Origin: Lepidodermella squamata | Taxonomy: Eukaryota > Animalia > Gastrotricha | Direction: 5' to 3' | Assembly: GCA_047495785.1 (NCBI GenBank) | Contig: JBLDXI010000134.1 | Location: 1 to 20,708 of the forward strand | DNA: 20,708 bases | In this document: in pieces, positions 1 to 10,910 of the stretch | How positions within the stretch are numbered: position 1 is the first letter of the stretch | How the letters are laid out: each line of letters opens with the position of its first letter | Made by a program: the position numbers and the translations under genes | Notes under the pieces: generated by a model | The model's database searches: none | The model's input: only the letters and a program-made list of their open reading frames with translations | Told to the model about the DNA's origin: nothing

Positions 1-107
1 AAGGTTTACATAAGCCGAGAGAAAACAATCACAAAGCCCACACACCCACGACACCAAAAGAAGTCGTGCAGTAATGCTGAAACCACCAGATGTAGGACGT
101 TGCTGGA

Positions 108-921
108 ATGCTGACGAATTTAACAATTCGCCTTGCCCTAGGCGCAGCGATTTTAACCCGTGTTGTTAACGGCTGTAATCCATCGACAAGTTCCAATGCT
201 AGCTGCCAGAAATCAACTAGTGGTTGCAATAGCAGTAGTACAACTTGTTCAACAGCCTCGCCTTGCCCATCTGGAACAGCTTGCCTCTCAGCGTCCCCAA
301 CTTGTTCGACATCTTGCGTGGCGTCTTCATGCCCTTCAACTCAAGAATGTCGATTAATTTCGAATCCTTGCTCGACATCGGGTCAAACTTGTCAATCTAA
401 TTCCTTCACGCTTTACACCATGGCTGCTCCAGGAGGCGGTAGCCCAGATGGTGTGAAGGCCTGTCTCTCTGATCCATCTATCAATTTAGCGAACATTTTT
501 GCTCGCAGCTCTGTAAACATTCAAGCCTTCTTTGTTGCATGTTTAGGGATATTCAGTTAAATTTTAGGCTGGAGCTTCTTACGCGACTTATTCAGAATGC
601 TGCGACGCAATCGGCGGATTGCTGTCATACGACATTCTGCCAATAGTTTCTGGAAAGCGGCCAGTCATGTGTTTCTCGGCCTCGTATAAGGTTTGCGAGG
701 GAACGGATGTCAATTACTGTCTCCGATTGCCTGGTAGCTGCTCTGGAACAGAAATTCAAGCGACAACAGACGAAGGATCGCCTTATACCCATAGATCATT
801 TTCAAAATGCTGTGCAAGTCTCACGCCTACGGAAGGTTTGACCACTGTAACTATGGGAACAAGCGGCCAACTCTCTGTCGAAAAATGTGTAGCACCAGCT
901 GCGGGTGCTGGTGATAAATAA
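108..921 (+). CDS. Secreted cysteine-rich protein, paralogue A (type I), about 252 aa, 2 exons
   Basis: Exons 108-512 and 568-921; 55-nt phase-0 GT..AG intron. Hydrophobic signal peptide, then CNPS, a Cys-rich linker and the family domain (FTLYTMAAPGGGSPDGVKACLSD...ECCDAIGGLLSYD...KCCASL...VEKC). Confidence 0.88.
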
Positions 922-986
922 AACATTATTCATGTAAAATGGTTTAATGTCAATTTCGGAACTGATAGTTCTCGCATTAGAGAGCT

Positions 987-1885
987 CTAGCTAGCAATTT
1001 TGGCCCTCTCAATCGTGAGAGCGCTGCTAACACCAAGAGTAACCGTATCCTGCTTAACCAAAGTTGGGCTTGTGGCAATCATGCATTGATGGAACGTATC
1101 AAATTGATACGGAGAACCAGCCTGGTCAAAAAATAGATAAAAGGATTAAGCCATACAGTTTCGAAGCATCATACCCCTGAAGTTGCTTGAATATCCGATC
1201 CAGCACAGGCGCCCGGCAGGCGAAGACAATAATTGGTAGGATTTCCACTGCAAAGTTTGTATTTGATAGTGTTTGGAACGCAAAGTACTGGTTGTTTTCC
1301 AGACGCAAGTTGTAGCACATCATAAGTTAAGGGTACGTTGCTCGTAGCCGCTGAAACAGCCTCGCAACAAGCTCCAAAGCTGCTGTAGGTCGTAGTGCCA
1401 AAAGCCTGAAGAACTTTCCGACTATTTCACAAAAATGAAAAAGAAGCAAGGCCTTACCGTGCTCCCACTCAAAATGTTAGCCATCGATAGCGTAGGATCT
1501 GATAGGCAGGCCTTATATGACGGTGGCGTCCCACCTCCTGTCGCTACAACCGTGAAAATGCTGAATGTCTGTACAAACAACAACTTAAAGATTGTTGAAG
1601 GGGATTAGAAGACTCAACTGTTTGACAACTTGTTCCAGCTGTTGAACACGGATTCGACGTCAAGCGGCACTCTGTCGTGTTGTCGCTGCAAGCCTTCGCA
1701 TTGCACGACTGGCCCGTTGGACAAGCAACGGTGGTTAGACAGCTCTGTCCTGTGGGACAGGTCGGAGTTGCAGCTGTAGTAGTTATTTGATGATGCCGAT
1801 CATCATCTGACGAAGACTGATTTGGGCAACAAGCTACCAGCCCTATCGATAGGATTGAAATTATGCCGAAAAATAATCTCTCCAT
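987..1885 (-). CDS. Secreted cysteine-rich protein, paralogue B (type II), about 247 aa, 4 exons
   Basis: Exons 1885-1619, 1568-1458, 1405-1175 and 1121-987; phase-0 introns of 50, 52 and 53 nt. The spliced product is open and aligns with F and H (PNTIKYKLC, QCMIATSPT, LTIERAKI). Confidence 0.87.
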
Positions 1886-2139
1886 GTTACAGGAAATTTA
1901 AAAAATGAAAGATTTCGCACACGGTTTCTGTGTATGCGATAATCCTTAGCTTCCAGGCGTGAGGCTTTTGCTGAGGCTTGCTTCTAAAGCCGGATTAGAA
2001 GAATTAAGAAAGGGGAACTTTTGAACGCACAATGGTTTCTGTCAAGTGGCTTGTGGGTGGCAGGCAGGTTTATCCGGAAAATATTTATTTTTATTTAGAG
2101 ATAGGACTTTGTCTCTCTCAGTCGCTAACATATTTTACC

Positions 2140-3021
2140 ATGAAATTACACATTTTTTCTCTCCTGCTGCTCTCATCTTTGGGGATAGCTAACGTTTCGG
2201 GATGTGACAGCAAGGCTTCGAGCTCATCAGCTACAACTGCAACTACAACTGCTAAATGCCCAAACGGAACATCTTGTGCGACTTCAGCTTGCACATGCGC
2301 CGCGACTAGTTGTTCAACTGGCTATTCATGTAAAACAATTTCAAATCCATGTTCTACAGGCCAAGTTTGCTTGACGGTAAGTTGAAAGCATGCATTATTT
2401 ATAATTTCTAAGGAATTATTGTAATTTCCCCAGACTCCCTCATTCTCTATGTACTCAATGGCCGTACCTGGTGGGAGCAGTCCAACACCTGTGAAAATTT
2501 GCCTATCCGACTCATCAATCAACATCGCCAATATTTTCACGACTTCAACGGTTCGAAAGCGTATTTTCCATGAATCTCGAGAATTAGAGATTTCCATAGG
2601 TTGTGAGCACGGGACATGCAAGTTTCTCGGCTTGCTGTGACGCTCTTTCAACAGCTTCGAGCAGTGCATCTTTGGTCTACGACATTTTCCCTTTAGCAAC
2701 AGGCCATAAACCCGTAGCATGTTTCGTTGCAACTTACAAGGTTTGTGGAACTGTTGGGAGCACTCAAAACTACTGCCTCCGTCTTCCGGGTAGTTGTGCA
2801 GGAACCGACGTCCAAGCTACTGCAAATGTGAGTGATTTGATCAATCCGAGGCGTATCATTGTATTTGTTCATTATAACAATTTCAGGCCGGCGCGCCTTA
2901 TTCTCAGACTTCGTACACAAAATGCTGTGCGAGTTTGAGCCCGACCGCCAATACTGCTGCAGTAACTTTGGGCGCGTCAAGCCAACTGAGCGTCGACAAG
3001 TGCGTCTCGCCTTCGGGATAA
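2140..3021 (+). CDS. Secreted cysteine-rich protein, paralogue C (type I C-terminus, type II-like middle), about 238 aa, 4 exons
   Basis: ATG 2140 (MKLHIFSLLLLSSLGIANVSGC). Exons 2140-2376, 2434-2550, 2600-2827 and 2887-3021; phase-0 introns of 57, 49 and 59 nt. AATAAA at 3038-3043. Confidence 0.87.
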
Positions 3022-3094
3022 ACAAGTTGCACGCATGAATAAAAACTGAAAGCGTTGGCGCTCAGCGCAACAAAACTACTATTTTTCACTAAAA

Positions 3095-5199
3095 ATGGAA
3101 CTGAGAAATGTGAGTGAAACCAATATAGTAATTCCTATACCCCCTCAAAATGACTCAGAGTCAGACAAGCTTACTATCTCAAGTTGTCTTATTCGTTTCA
3201 TCGAAAATAAGGGAATTACAGTAAGAATAGCGGCTCTGTGCCTATACGGAGCTTATTTCTTATACGCTATTGCTCGGTGTGTTGACTGCCCTCGACTAAC
3301 AAGCGACTATTGGACGTTGGTCGGTGTAACTGCGCTCGGTTTGGGAATCGCGTTGAGTGAAACTATTGGCCGTTTCACGGGACGTTATTACGGGGATCAA
3401 ATAGCTAGTTTAAAGAATTCATTTCTCTCCTTGCGGCAGAAAATTCTCGAATGCAAATTTTCCTCACCTCTGATTATTTGGATTGGGATTCCTGCGTTAT
3501 GCATTTTATATGTCTCAATCGATGCTTTGATTGTTCGAGGAGATTGGTACTCCATGGTTTCTCTTGCTGGAGTCTGTTTCATCCTCGGAATATGCTACTT
3601 GCTCTCGCAACATAGGTCCTCTGTGAAAGCTAGGCCGACGATTGCAGGATTCGGGCTTCAATTTGTATTCGCAATTTTTGTACTCCGAGTGCCGATGGGT
3701 GAAGTTTTCTTCTCATGGCTTGGTGACCAAGTGGTAAAATTCTTGAGAAACGGCCACGTCGGTGCCAAATTCGTCTGGCTGAATGCATTTACAAGCGGAG
3801 ATTTTGCTTTTATGGTTCTGCCAGTGATACCATTCTTCGGAGCGGTCACTTCAGTTCTTTACTACTTGGGATGGATACAGAATGTGATAAAGATCCTAGC
3901 ATCTTTGATGGAGAAGCTTACAGGAACTACGGCGGGTGAAAGTACAACTTGCAGCGCAAATGTTTTTTTAGGAATGGTAACTTAGTTGGTGCAGTTACCT
4001 TCAATGCTTCATCTTTTAATTTCAGACTGAAGCTCCGCTACTAATAAAACCATTTCTCCGACATATGACAAAATCTGAGTTGCACGCTGTAATGACAGGA
4101 GGGTTCGCGACCATTGCTGGGTCTTCAATGTAAGGCTTTTTATCTCTTCCCACTGCAACTCATTCTCCCCTTTTCAGAGGAGCCTTCATTGCCTTGGGGG
4201 TCGAGTCTAAACATCTCCTTGCTGCTAGCCTGATGGCAGCCCCAGGAGCACTTGCTCTATCCAAATTATCCTATCCCGAAACTGAGAAGACCAAACTTAG
4301 GGCTAAGGATGTGGAGAGTTTCCGACGTACCCGTAGCAACAGTTTGAGTGAGGATGCGAAGCCAGGAAACATCTTGGAAGCAGCCTGTGAAGGGGCTTAT
4401 AATGCCATGCCTATGGTTGGTGGTATCATCGCAAATCTCATCGCAATAAATGCTATCCTTTCCTTCATCAATAACTTTATAAGTTGGCTTGGCGAACGAG
4501 TTGGTCTTGAACCGCCATTCATAGACGAACCTTTCACTCTAGAATTCATTGCTTCCTACGTCTTCTGGCCTGTCGCGCTTTTACTAGGGGTTCCTTTGAA
4601 TGACTGCAGACAAGTCGCCAAGTTACTTGGCATCAAAATGTTTACGAACGAATTCGTTGCCTACATTAAAATGAGTGAAATGATGACGGCGAGGAGACAA
4701 TATGAAAGCTACTACTGCAAATACGTTTTTCACAATTCGATACCTTCAGGCTTTGACTATAATAGCAATGTGACTCAGGTTGATTATGAAAGCACTTATG
4801 TTCTGTATGACGAATTCGGAAATTTTACGAATCGCCTGGCGCCCATTTTGCTCCATAATGGATCCTACTTGTTACCGGCTGTCAACGCAACTCTAATTCC
4901 TTTCATATCTGTGAGTTTACTTCAAGAGAAGTCCATCTGGTGATTCACTCAATTTTCAGAAAAGAGCCGAATCTTTAACTACTTATGCACTGTGTGGCTT
5001 TGCAAATCTGGCCTCCATTGGGATTCAAGTTGGAACAATTGCTCAAATGGTCCCATCGAAGAAGCAGGATGTTGCTAGCTTCGCTCTCAGAGCGATGTTA
5101 ACCGCAACTGGGGTCAATTTTCTCAACGCGGCAATAGCGGGGATGCTATTGAGCTACAGCGATCTGAGTTGGGAAGAAGCTTGCTCAAACAATCCTTGA
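3095..5199 (+). CDS. SLC28 family concentrative nucleoside transporter (CNT), paralogue 1, about 652 aa, 4 exons
   Basis: Exons 3095-3976, 4026-4129, 4178-4910 and 4960-5199. CNT motifs: [89 protein letters not shown]. Orthology to SLC28A1, A2 or A3 cannot be assigned. Confidence 0.95.
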
Positions 5200-5237
5200 A
5201 TCTTCATTCATCCAATTTTAGCATGATATAAACGTTA

Positions 5238-5306
5238 AATAAAACAAATTTCATGGTCCGATGCTTTTCTAGCTCCGACTACACATACACTAGCGATGCT
5301 TTTCAG
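5238..5306 (+). promoter_or_regulatory. Poly(A) signal of CNT1 followed by a TTTTCAG acceptor just upstream of the CNT2 ATG
   Basis: AATAAA at 5238-5243; ttttcag at 5300-5306, 8 nt before ATG 5315. Confidence 0.45.
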
Positions 5307-5314
5307 TATTAGCG

Positions 5315-6621
5315 ATGAGTTTTGCGGGGAAAAACAAGCGAAGTGAGCCAGTACAATGTATCACTGTTCTCCATAATCCTGATGAATTTGGAGCCGAAAA
5401 AGGTGGAGTCAACTTTTCTAGGGCAGGCCGACTAATTTCGGCAGAGTATATTCCATTGTCGAAAGTGACGATTCTCTATGTGTTGTACCTGGCCTACGTC
5501 ATATACAGTCTGCAGCATGAAAATAGCAGCGGAGAACACATCTCGTGAGAGTAGATAGGATTGATGTGGTTTTTCACCCTCCTCTACCTGGTAAACTTAT
5601 CTCTAAGTGGTTCTTCACCCGTCGCTAGAAAGTTCTTTCACCCAATCTGGAAACTTGTTGGAAATCGTCTCTACGAAAAAGTTAGATTGGCCAAAACCTC
5701 GATACGCCTTTCAGCATTATGGCCGATCCTAACGAAACATCATACTTTGCTAGGCTTTTCGATCATGGCGGCTGTCTATCTCTTTTATTCAATACTGGAT
5801 GCAGTTCTAGCGCGTAATGAACCGTTTTGCCTGGTACCACTCGCAGCAATTACTTTGATTATTGCAACTTGCTTCTTCACATCGGATGCTCGAAACAGAA
5901 TCAACATTCGCTGCGTAACAATCGGAATCCTGCTTCAGTTCATTTTCGCAATAGTGGTCATTCGATGGCCAGTTGGACAAGCTGTTACGCAGTATTTGGG
6001 CGATCAAGTCGCAATTTTCATGGGTTATGCCCGGGCTGGAACAGCTTTTGTATGGCCAACTGCTGGTCTGAAAAATCGAGATGTCGTCTTCGCAGTTTTA
6101 CCTGTTCTCCCGTTTTTCGCAGCATTTGTATCGATGTTATACTATTTGGGGTGGATACAAAGTTTTATTCGAGTTTTAGCGGGTTTTATTGAGTTCCTGC
6201 TAGGAACGACGGCTGGAGAAAGTACGTCATGCTGCGCGAATATCTTCCTAGGAATGACGGAGGCTCCTATGTTGATTCGACCCTTCCTATCGAAATTGAC
6301 TAGATCTGAGCTTCATGCGGTTATGACGGGAGGTTTTGGCACTATTGCTGGGTCCTTGATGGGAATTTTTATTGGATACGGAGTTGAGCCTCGTCATTTA
6401 CTTGCTGCAAGTGTCATGTCAGCTCCTGCATCTTTGGCTCTAAGCAAGTTGGGTAAGCTTTGTAGATCTATTGGGATGTATCTCGGTAAGCTTTCGATCA
6501 TTCAGTTTGTCCCGAAGTGGATGAAACTTGCACAAGAGCTCAAGATATCGAGAAATTAACTGCTGCAAATGGCAAAGATGCAGATGGGAAACACAGAACC
6601 ATTATTGAAGCTGCAGTTGAG
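5315..6621 (+). pseudogene. SLC28/CNT paralogue 2, left copy: two in-frame stops and no 3' half
   Basis: Exons 5315-6452 and 6506-6621 (...SKLVCPEVDET...IIEAAVE). A GT donor follows at 6622, and that intron is cut by the fold-back junction at 6668/6669. In-frame TGA 5546-5548 and TAG 5552-5554 come from the 18-nt block that differs from the mirror copy. The disruption may be an artefact. Confidence 0.75.
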
Positions 6622-6668
6622 GTAAAACTACTTCTGTTCGTCCTTCTCCTAGCTCTTTTCCGCTTGAA

Positions 6669-7481
6669 AAATGCTGCGAAAAACGGGAGAACAGGTAAAA
6701 CTGCGAAGACGACATCTCGATTTTTCAGACCAGCAGTTGGCCATACAAAAGCTGTTCCAGCCCGGGCATAACCCATGAAAATTGCGACTTGATCGCCCAA
6801 ATACTGCGTAACAGCTTGTCCAACTGGCCATCGAATGACCACTATTGCGAAAATGAACTGAAGCAGGATTCCGATTGTTACGCAGCGAATGTTGATTCTG
6901 TTTCGAGCATCCGATGTGAAGAAGCAAGTTGCAATAATCAAAGTAATTGCTGCGAGTGGTACCAGGCAAAACGGTTCATTACGCGCTAGAACTGCATCCA
7001 GTATTGAATAAAAGAGATAGACAGCCGCCATGATCGAAAAGCCTAGCAAAGTATGATGTTTCGTTAGGATCGGCCATAATGCTGAAAGGCGTATCGAGGT
7101 TTTGGCCAATCTAACTTTTTCGTAGAGACGATTTCCAACAAGTTTCCAGATTGGGTGAAAGAACTTTCTAGCGACGGGTGAAGAACCACTTAGAGATAAG
7201 TTTACCAGGTAGAGGAGGGTGAAAAACCACATCAATCCTATCAGCGTGTTTCTCTCGTAGTCTCCGCTGCTATTTTCATGCTGCAGACTGTATATGACGT
7301 AGGCCAGGTACAACACATAGAGAATCGTCACTTTCGACAATGGAATATACTCTGCCGAAATTAGTCGGCCTGCCCTAGAAAAGTTGACTCCACCTTTTTC
7401 GGCTCCAAATTCATCAGGATTATGGAGAACAGTGATACATTGTACTGGCTCACTTCGCTTGTTTTTCCCCGCAAAACTCAT
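6669..7481 (-). pseudogene. SLC28/CNT paralogue 2, right copy: open frame but truncated at the junction
   Basis: Open from MSFAGK through SSGDYERNTLIG to VLPVLPFFAAF. Beyond 6669 the frame reads antisense spacer sequence (FKRKRARRR...) to a stop at 6540. Confidence 0.8.
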
Positions 7482-7596
7482 CGCTAATACTGAAAAGCAT
7501 CGCTAGTGTATGTGTAGTCGGAGCTAGAAAAGCATCGGACCATGAAATTTGTTTTATTTAACGTTTATATCATGCTAAAATTGGATGAATGAAGAT

Positions 7597-9701
7597 TCAA
7601 GGATTGTTTGAGCAAGCTTCTTCCCAACTCAGATCGCTGTAGCTCAATAGCATCCCCGCTATTGCCGCGTTGAGAAAATTGACCCCAGTTGCGGTTAACA
7701 TCGCTCTGAGAGCGAAGCTAGCAACATCCTGCTTCTTCGATGGGACCATTTGAGCAATTGTTCCAACTTGAATCCCAATGGAGGCCAGATTTGCAAAGCC
7801 ACACAGTGCATAAGTAGTTAAAGATTCGGCTCTTTTCTGAAAATTGAGTGAATCACCAGATGGACTTCTCTTGAAGTAAACTCACAGATATGAAAGGAAT
7901 TAGAGTTGCGTTGACAGCCGGTAACAAGTAGGATCCATTATGGAGCAAAATGGGCGCCAGGCGATTCGTAAAATTTCCGAATTCGTCATACAGAACATAA
8001 GTGCTTTCATAATCAACCTGAGTCACATTGCTATTATAGTCAAAGCCTGAAGGTATCGAATTGTGAAAAACGTATTTGCAGTAGTAGCTTTCATATTGTC
8101 TCCTCGCCGTCATCATTTCACTCATTTTAATGTAGGCAACGAATTCGTTCGTAAACATTTTGATGCCAAGTAACTTGGCGACTTGTCTGCAGTCATTCAA
8201 AGGAACCCCTAGTAAAAGCGCGACAGGCCAGAAGACGTAGGAAGCAATGAATTCTAGAGTGAAAGGTTCGTCTATGAATGGCGGTTCAAGACCAACTCGT
8301 TCGCCAAGCCAACTTATAAAGTTATTGATGAAGGAAAGGATAGCATTTATTGCGATGAGATTTGCGATGATACCACCAACCATAGGCATGGCATTATAAG
8401 CCCCTTCACAGGCTGCTTCCAAGATGTTTCCTGGCTTCGCATCCTCACTCAAACTGTTGCTACGGGTACGTCGGAAACTCTCCACATCCTTAGCCCTAAG
8501 TTTGGTCTTCTCAGTTTCGGGATAGGATAATTTGGATAGAGCAAGTGCTCCTGGGGCTGCCATCAGGCTAGCAGCAAGGAGATGTTTAGACTCGACCCCC
8601 AAGGCAATGAAGGCTCCTCTGAAAAGGGGAGAATGAGTTGCAGTGGGAAGAGATAAAAAGCCTTACATTGAAGACCCAGCAATGGTCGCGAACCCTCCTG
8701 TCATTACAGCGTGCAACTCAGATTTTGTCATATGTCGGAGAAATGGTTTTATTAGTAGCGGAGCTTCAGTCTGAAATTAAAAGATGAAGCATTGAAGGTA
8801 ACTGCACCAACTAAGTTACCATTCCTAAAAAAACATTTGCGCTGCAAGTTGTACTTTCACCCGCCGTAGTTCCTGTAAGCTTCTCCATCAAAGATGCTAG
8901 GATCTTTATCACATTCTGTATCCATCCCAAGTAGTAAAGAACTGAAGTGACCGCTCCGAAGAATGGTATCACTGGCAGAACCATAAAAGCAAAATCTCCG
9001 CTTGTAAATGCATTCAGCCAGACGAATTTGGCACCGACGTGGCCGTTTCTCAAGAATTTTACCACTTGGTCACCAAGCCATGAGAAGAAAACTTCACCCA
9101 TCGGCACTCGGAGTACAAAAATTGCGAATACAAATTGAAGCCCGAATCCTGCAATCGTCGGCCTAGCTTTCACAGAGGACCTATGTTGCGAGAGCAAGTA
9201 GCATATTCCGAGGATGAAACAGACTCCAGCAAGAGAAACCATGGAGTACCAATCTCCTCGAACAATCAAAGCATCGATTGAGACATATAAAATGCATAAC
9301 GCAGGAATCCCAATCCAAATAATCAGAGGTGAGGAAAATTTGCATTCGAGAATTTTCTGCCGCAAGGAGAGAAATGAATTCTTTAAACTAGCTATTTGAT
9401 CCCCGTAATAACGTCCCGTGAAACGGCCAATAGTTTCACTCAACGCGATTCCCAAACCGAGCGCAGTTACACCGACCAACGTCCAATAGTCGCTTGTTAG
9501 TCGAGGGCAGTCAACACACCGAGCAATAGCGTATAAGAAATAAGCTCCGTATAGGCACAGAGCCGCTATTCTTACTGTAATTCCCTTATTTTCGATGAAA
9601 CGAATAAGACAACTTGAGATAGTAAGCTTGTCTGACTCTGAGTCATTTTGAGGGGGTATAGGAATTACTATATTGGTTTCACTCACATTTCTCAGTTCCA
9701 T
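7597..9701 (-). CDS. SLC28/CNT paralogue 1, mirror copy
   Basis: Exons 9701-8820, 8770-8667, 8618-7886 and 7836-7597; ORF translations identical to those in 3095..5199. Confidence 0.93.
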
Positions 9702-9774
9702 TTTTAGTGAAAAATAGTAGTTTTGTTGCGCTGAGCGCCAACGCTTTCAGTTTTTATTCATGCGTGCAACTTGT

Positions 9775-10656
9775 TTATCCCGAAGGCGAGACGCACTTGT
9801 CGACGCTCAGTTGGCTTGACGCGCCCAAAGTTACTGCAGCAGTATTGGCGGTCGGGCTCAAACTCGCACAGCATTTTGTGTACGAAGTCTGAGAATAAGG
9901 CGCGCCGGCCTGAAATTGTTATAATGAACAAATACAATGATACGCCTCGGATTGATCAAATCACTCACATTTGCAGTAGCTTGGACGTCGGTTCCTGCAC
10001 AACTACCCGGAAGACGGAGGCAGTAGTTTTGAGTGCTCCCAACAGTTCCACAAACCTTGTAAGTTGCAACGAAACATGCTACGGGTTTATGGCCTGTTGC
10101 TAAAGGGAAAATGTCGTAGACCAAAGATGCACTGCTCGAAGCTGTTGAAAGAGCGTCACAGCAAGCCGAGAAACTTGCATGTCCCGTGCTCACAACCTAT
10201 GGAAATCTCTAATTCTCGAGATTCATGGAAAATACGCTTTCGAACCGTTGAAGTCGTGAAAATATTGGCGATGTTGATTGATGAGTCGGATAGGCAAATT
10301 TTCACAGGTGTTGGACTGCTCCCACCAGGTACGGCCATTGAGTACATAGAGAATGAGGGAGTCTGGGGAAATTACAATAATTCCTTAGAAATTATAAATA
10401 ATGCATGCTTTCAACTTACCGTCAAGCAAACTTGGCCTGTAGAACATGGATTTGAAATTGTTTTACATGAATAGCCAGTTGAACAACTAGTCGCGGCGCA
10501 TGTGCAAGCTGAAGTCGCACAAGATGTTCCGTTTGGGCATTTAGCAGTTGTAGTTGCAGTTGTAGCTGATGAGCTCGAAGCCTTGCTGTCACATCCCGAA
10601 ACGTTAGCTATCCCCAAAGATGAGAGCAGCAGGAGAGAAAAAATGTGTAATTTCAT
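9775..10656 (-). CDS. Cysteine-rich paralogue C, mirror copy
   Basis: Exons 10656-10420, 10362-10246, 10196-9969 and 9909-9775; mirrors 2140..3021. Confidence 0.86.
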
Positions 10657-10910
10657 GGTAAAATATGTTAGCGACTGAGAGAGACAAAGTCCTATCTCTA
10701 AATAAAAATAAATATTTTCCGGATAAACCTGCCTGCCACCCACAAGCCACTTGACAGAAACCATTGTGCGTTCAAAAGTTCCCCTTTCTTAATTCTTCTA
10801 ATCCGGCTTTAGAAGCAAGCCTCAGCAAAAGCCTCACGCCTGGAAGCTAAGGATTATCGCATACACAGAAACCGTGTGCGAAATCTTTCATTTTTTAAAT
10901 TTCCTGTAAC

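Larger units (their letters stand above)
1..6127. repeat. Left arm of a 6.1-kb inverted duplication (mirror of 6669..12795)
   Basis: ORFs in 1..6127 have identical opposite-strand copies at 12796-i (108..560 vs 12236..12688; 3095..3985 vs 8811..9701). Base 1 (aaggtttacataagcc) matches the reverse complement ending at 12795. The match stops after ...cgcagcattt at 6127. The only difference I saw is 5536..5553, but I spot-checked rather than aligned every base. Confidence 0.97.

Noticed and set aside
168-400. Thr/Cys-rich linker as an insect-type antifreeze protein
   Set aside because: There is no regular 12-13 aa TCT repeat. Spacing is irregular and the units are CxxGxxC-like.
2032-2139. Upstream ORF-track starts for C, E, G and H (2032, 15578, 18363, 18582)
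   Set aside because: The signal peptides begin at the downstream ATGs 2140, 15470, 18264 and 18603, and the extensions are not conserved.
2322-3089. Antisense or alternate-frame ORFs (2322..2732, 2693..3025, 13481..13900, 14596..14952, 19884..20249, 20203..20604 and similar)
   Set aside because: They overlap better-supported spliced genes or lie in non-coding DNA, have no recognisable motifs, and are shadows of low-complexity codons.
6452-6494. Duplicated ggtaagcttt donor in CNT2 intron 1
   Set aside because: Using the second copy leaves about a 20-nt intron, far below the local size range.
6540-6771. ORFs crossing the fold-back junction (6517..6771 and the tail of 6540..7481) as novel proteins
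   Set aside because: They are read-through into intron or antisense sequence created by the junction.
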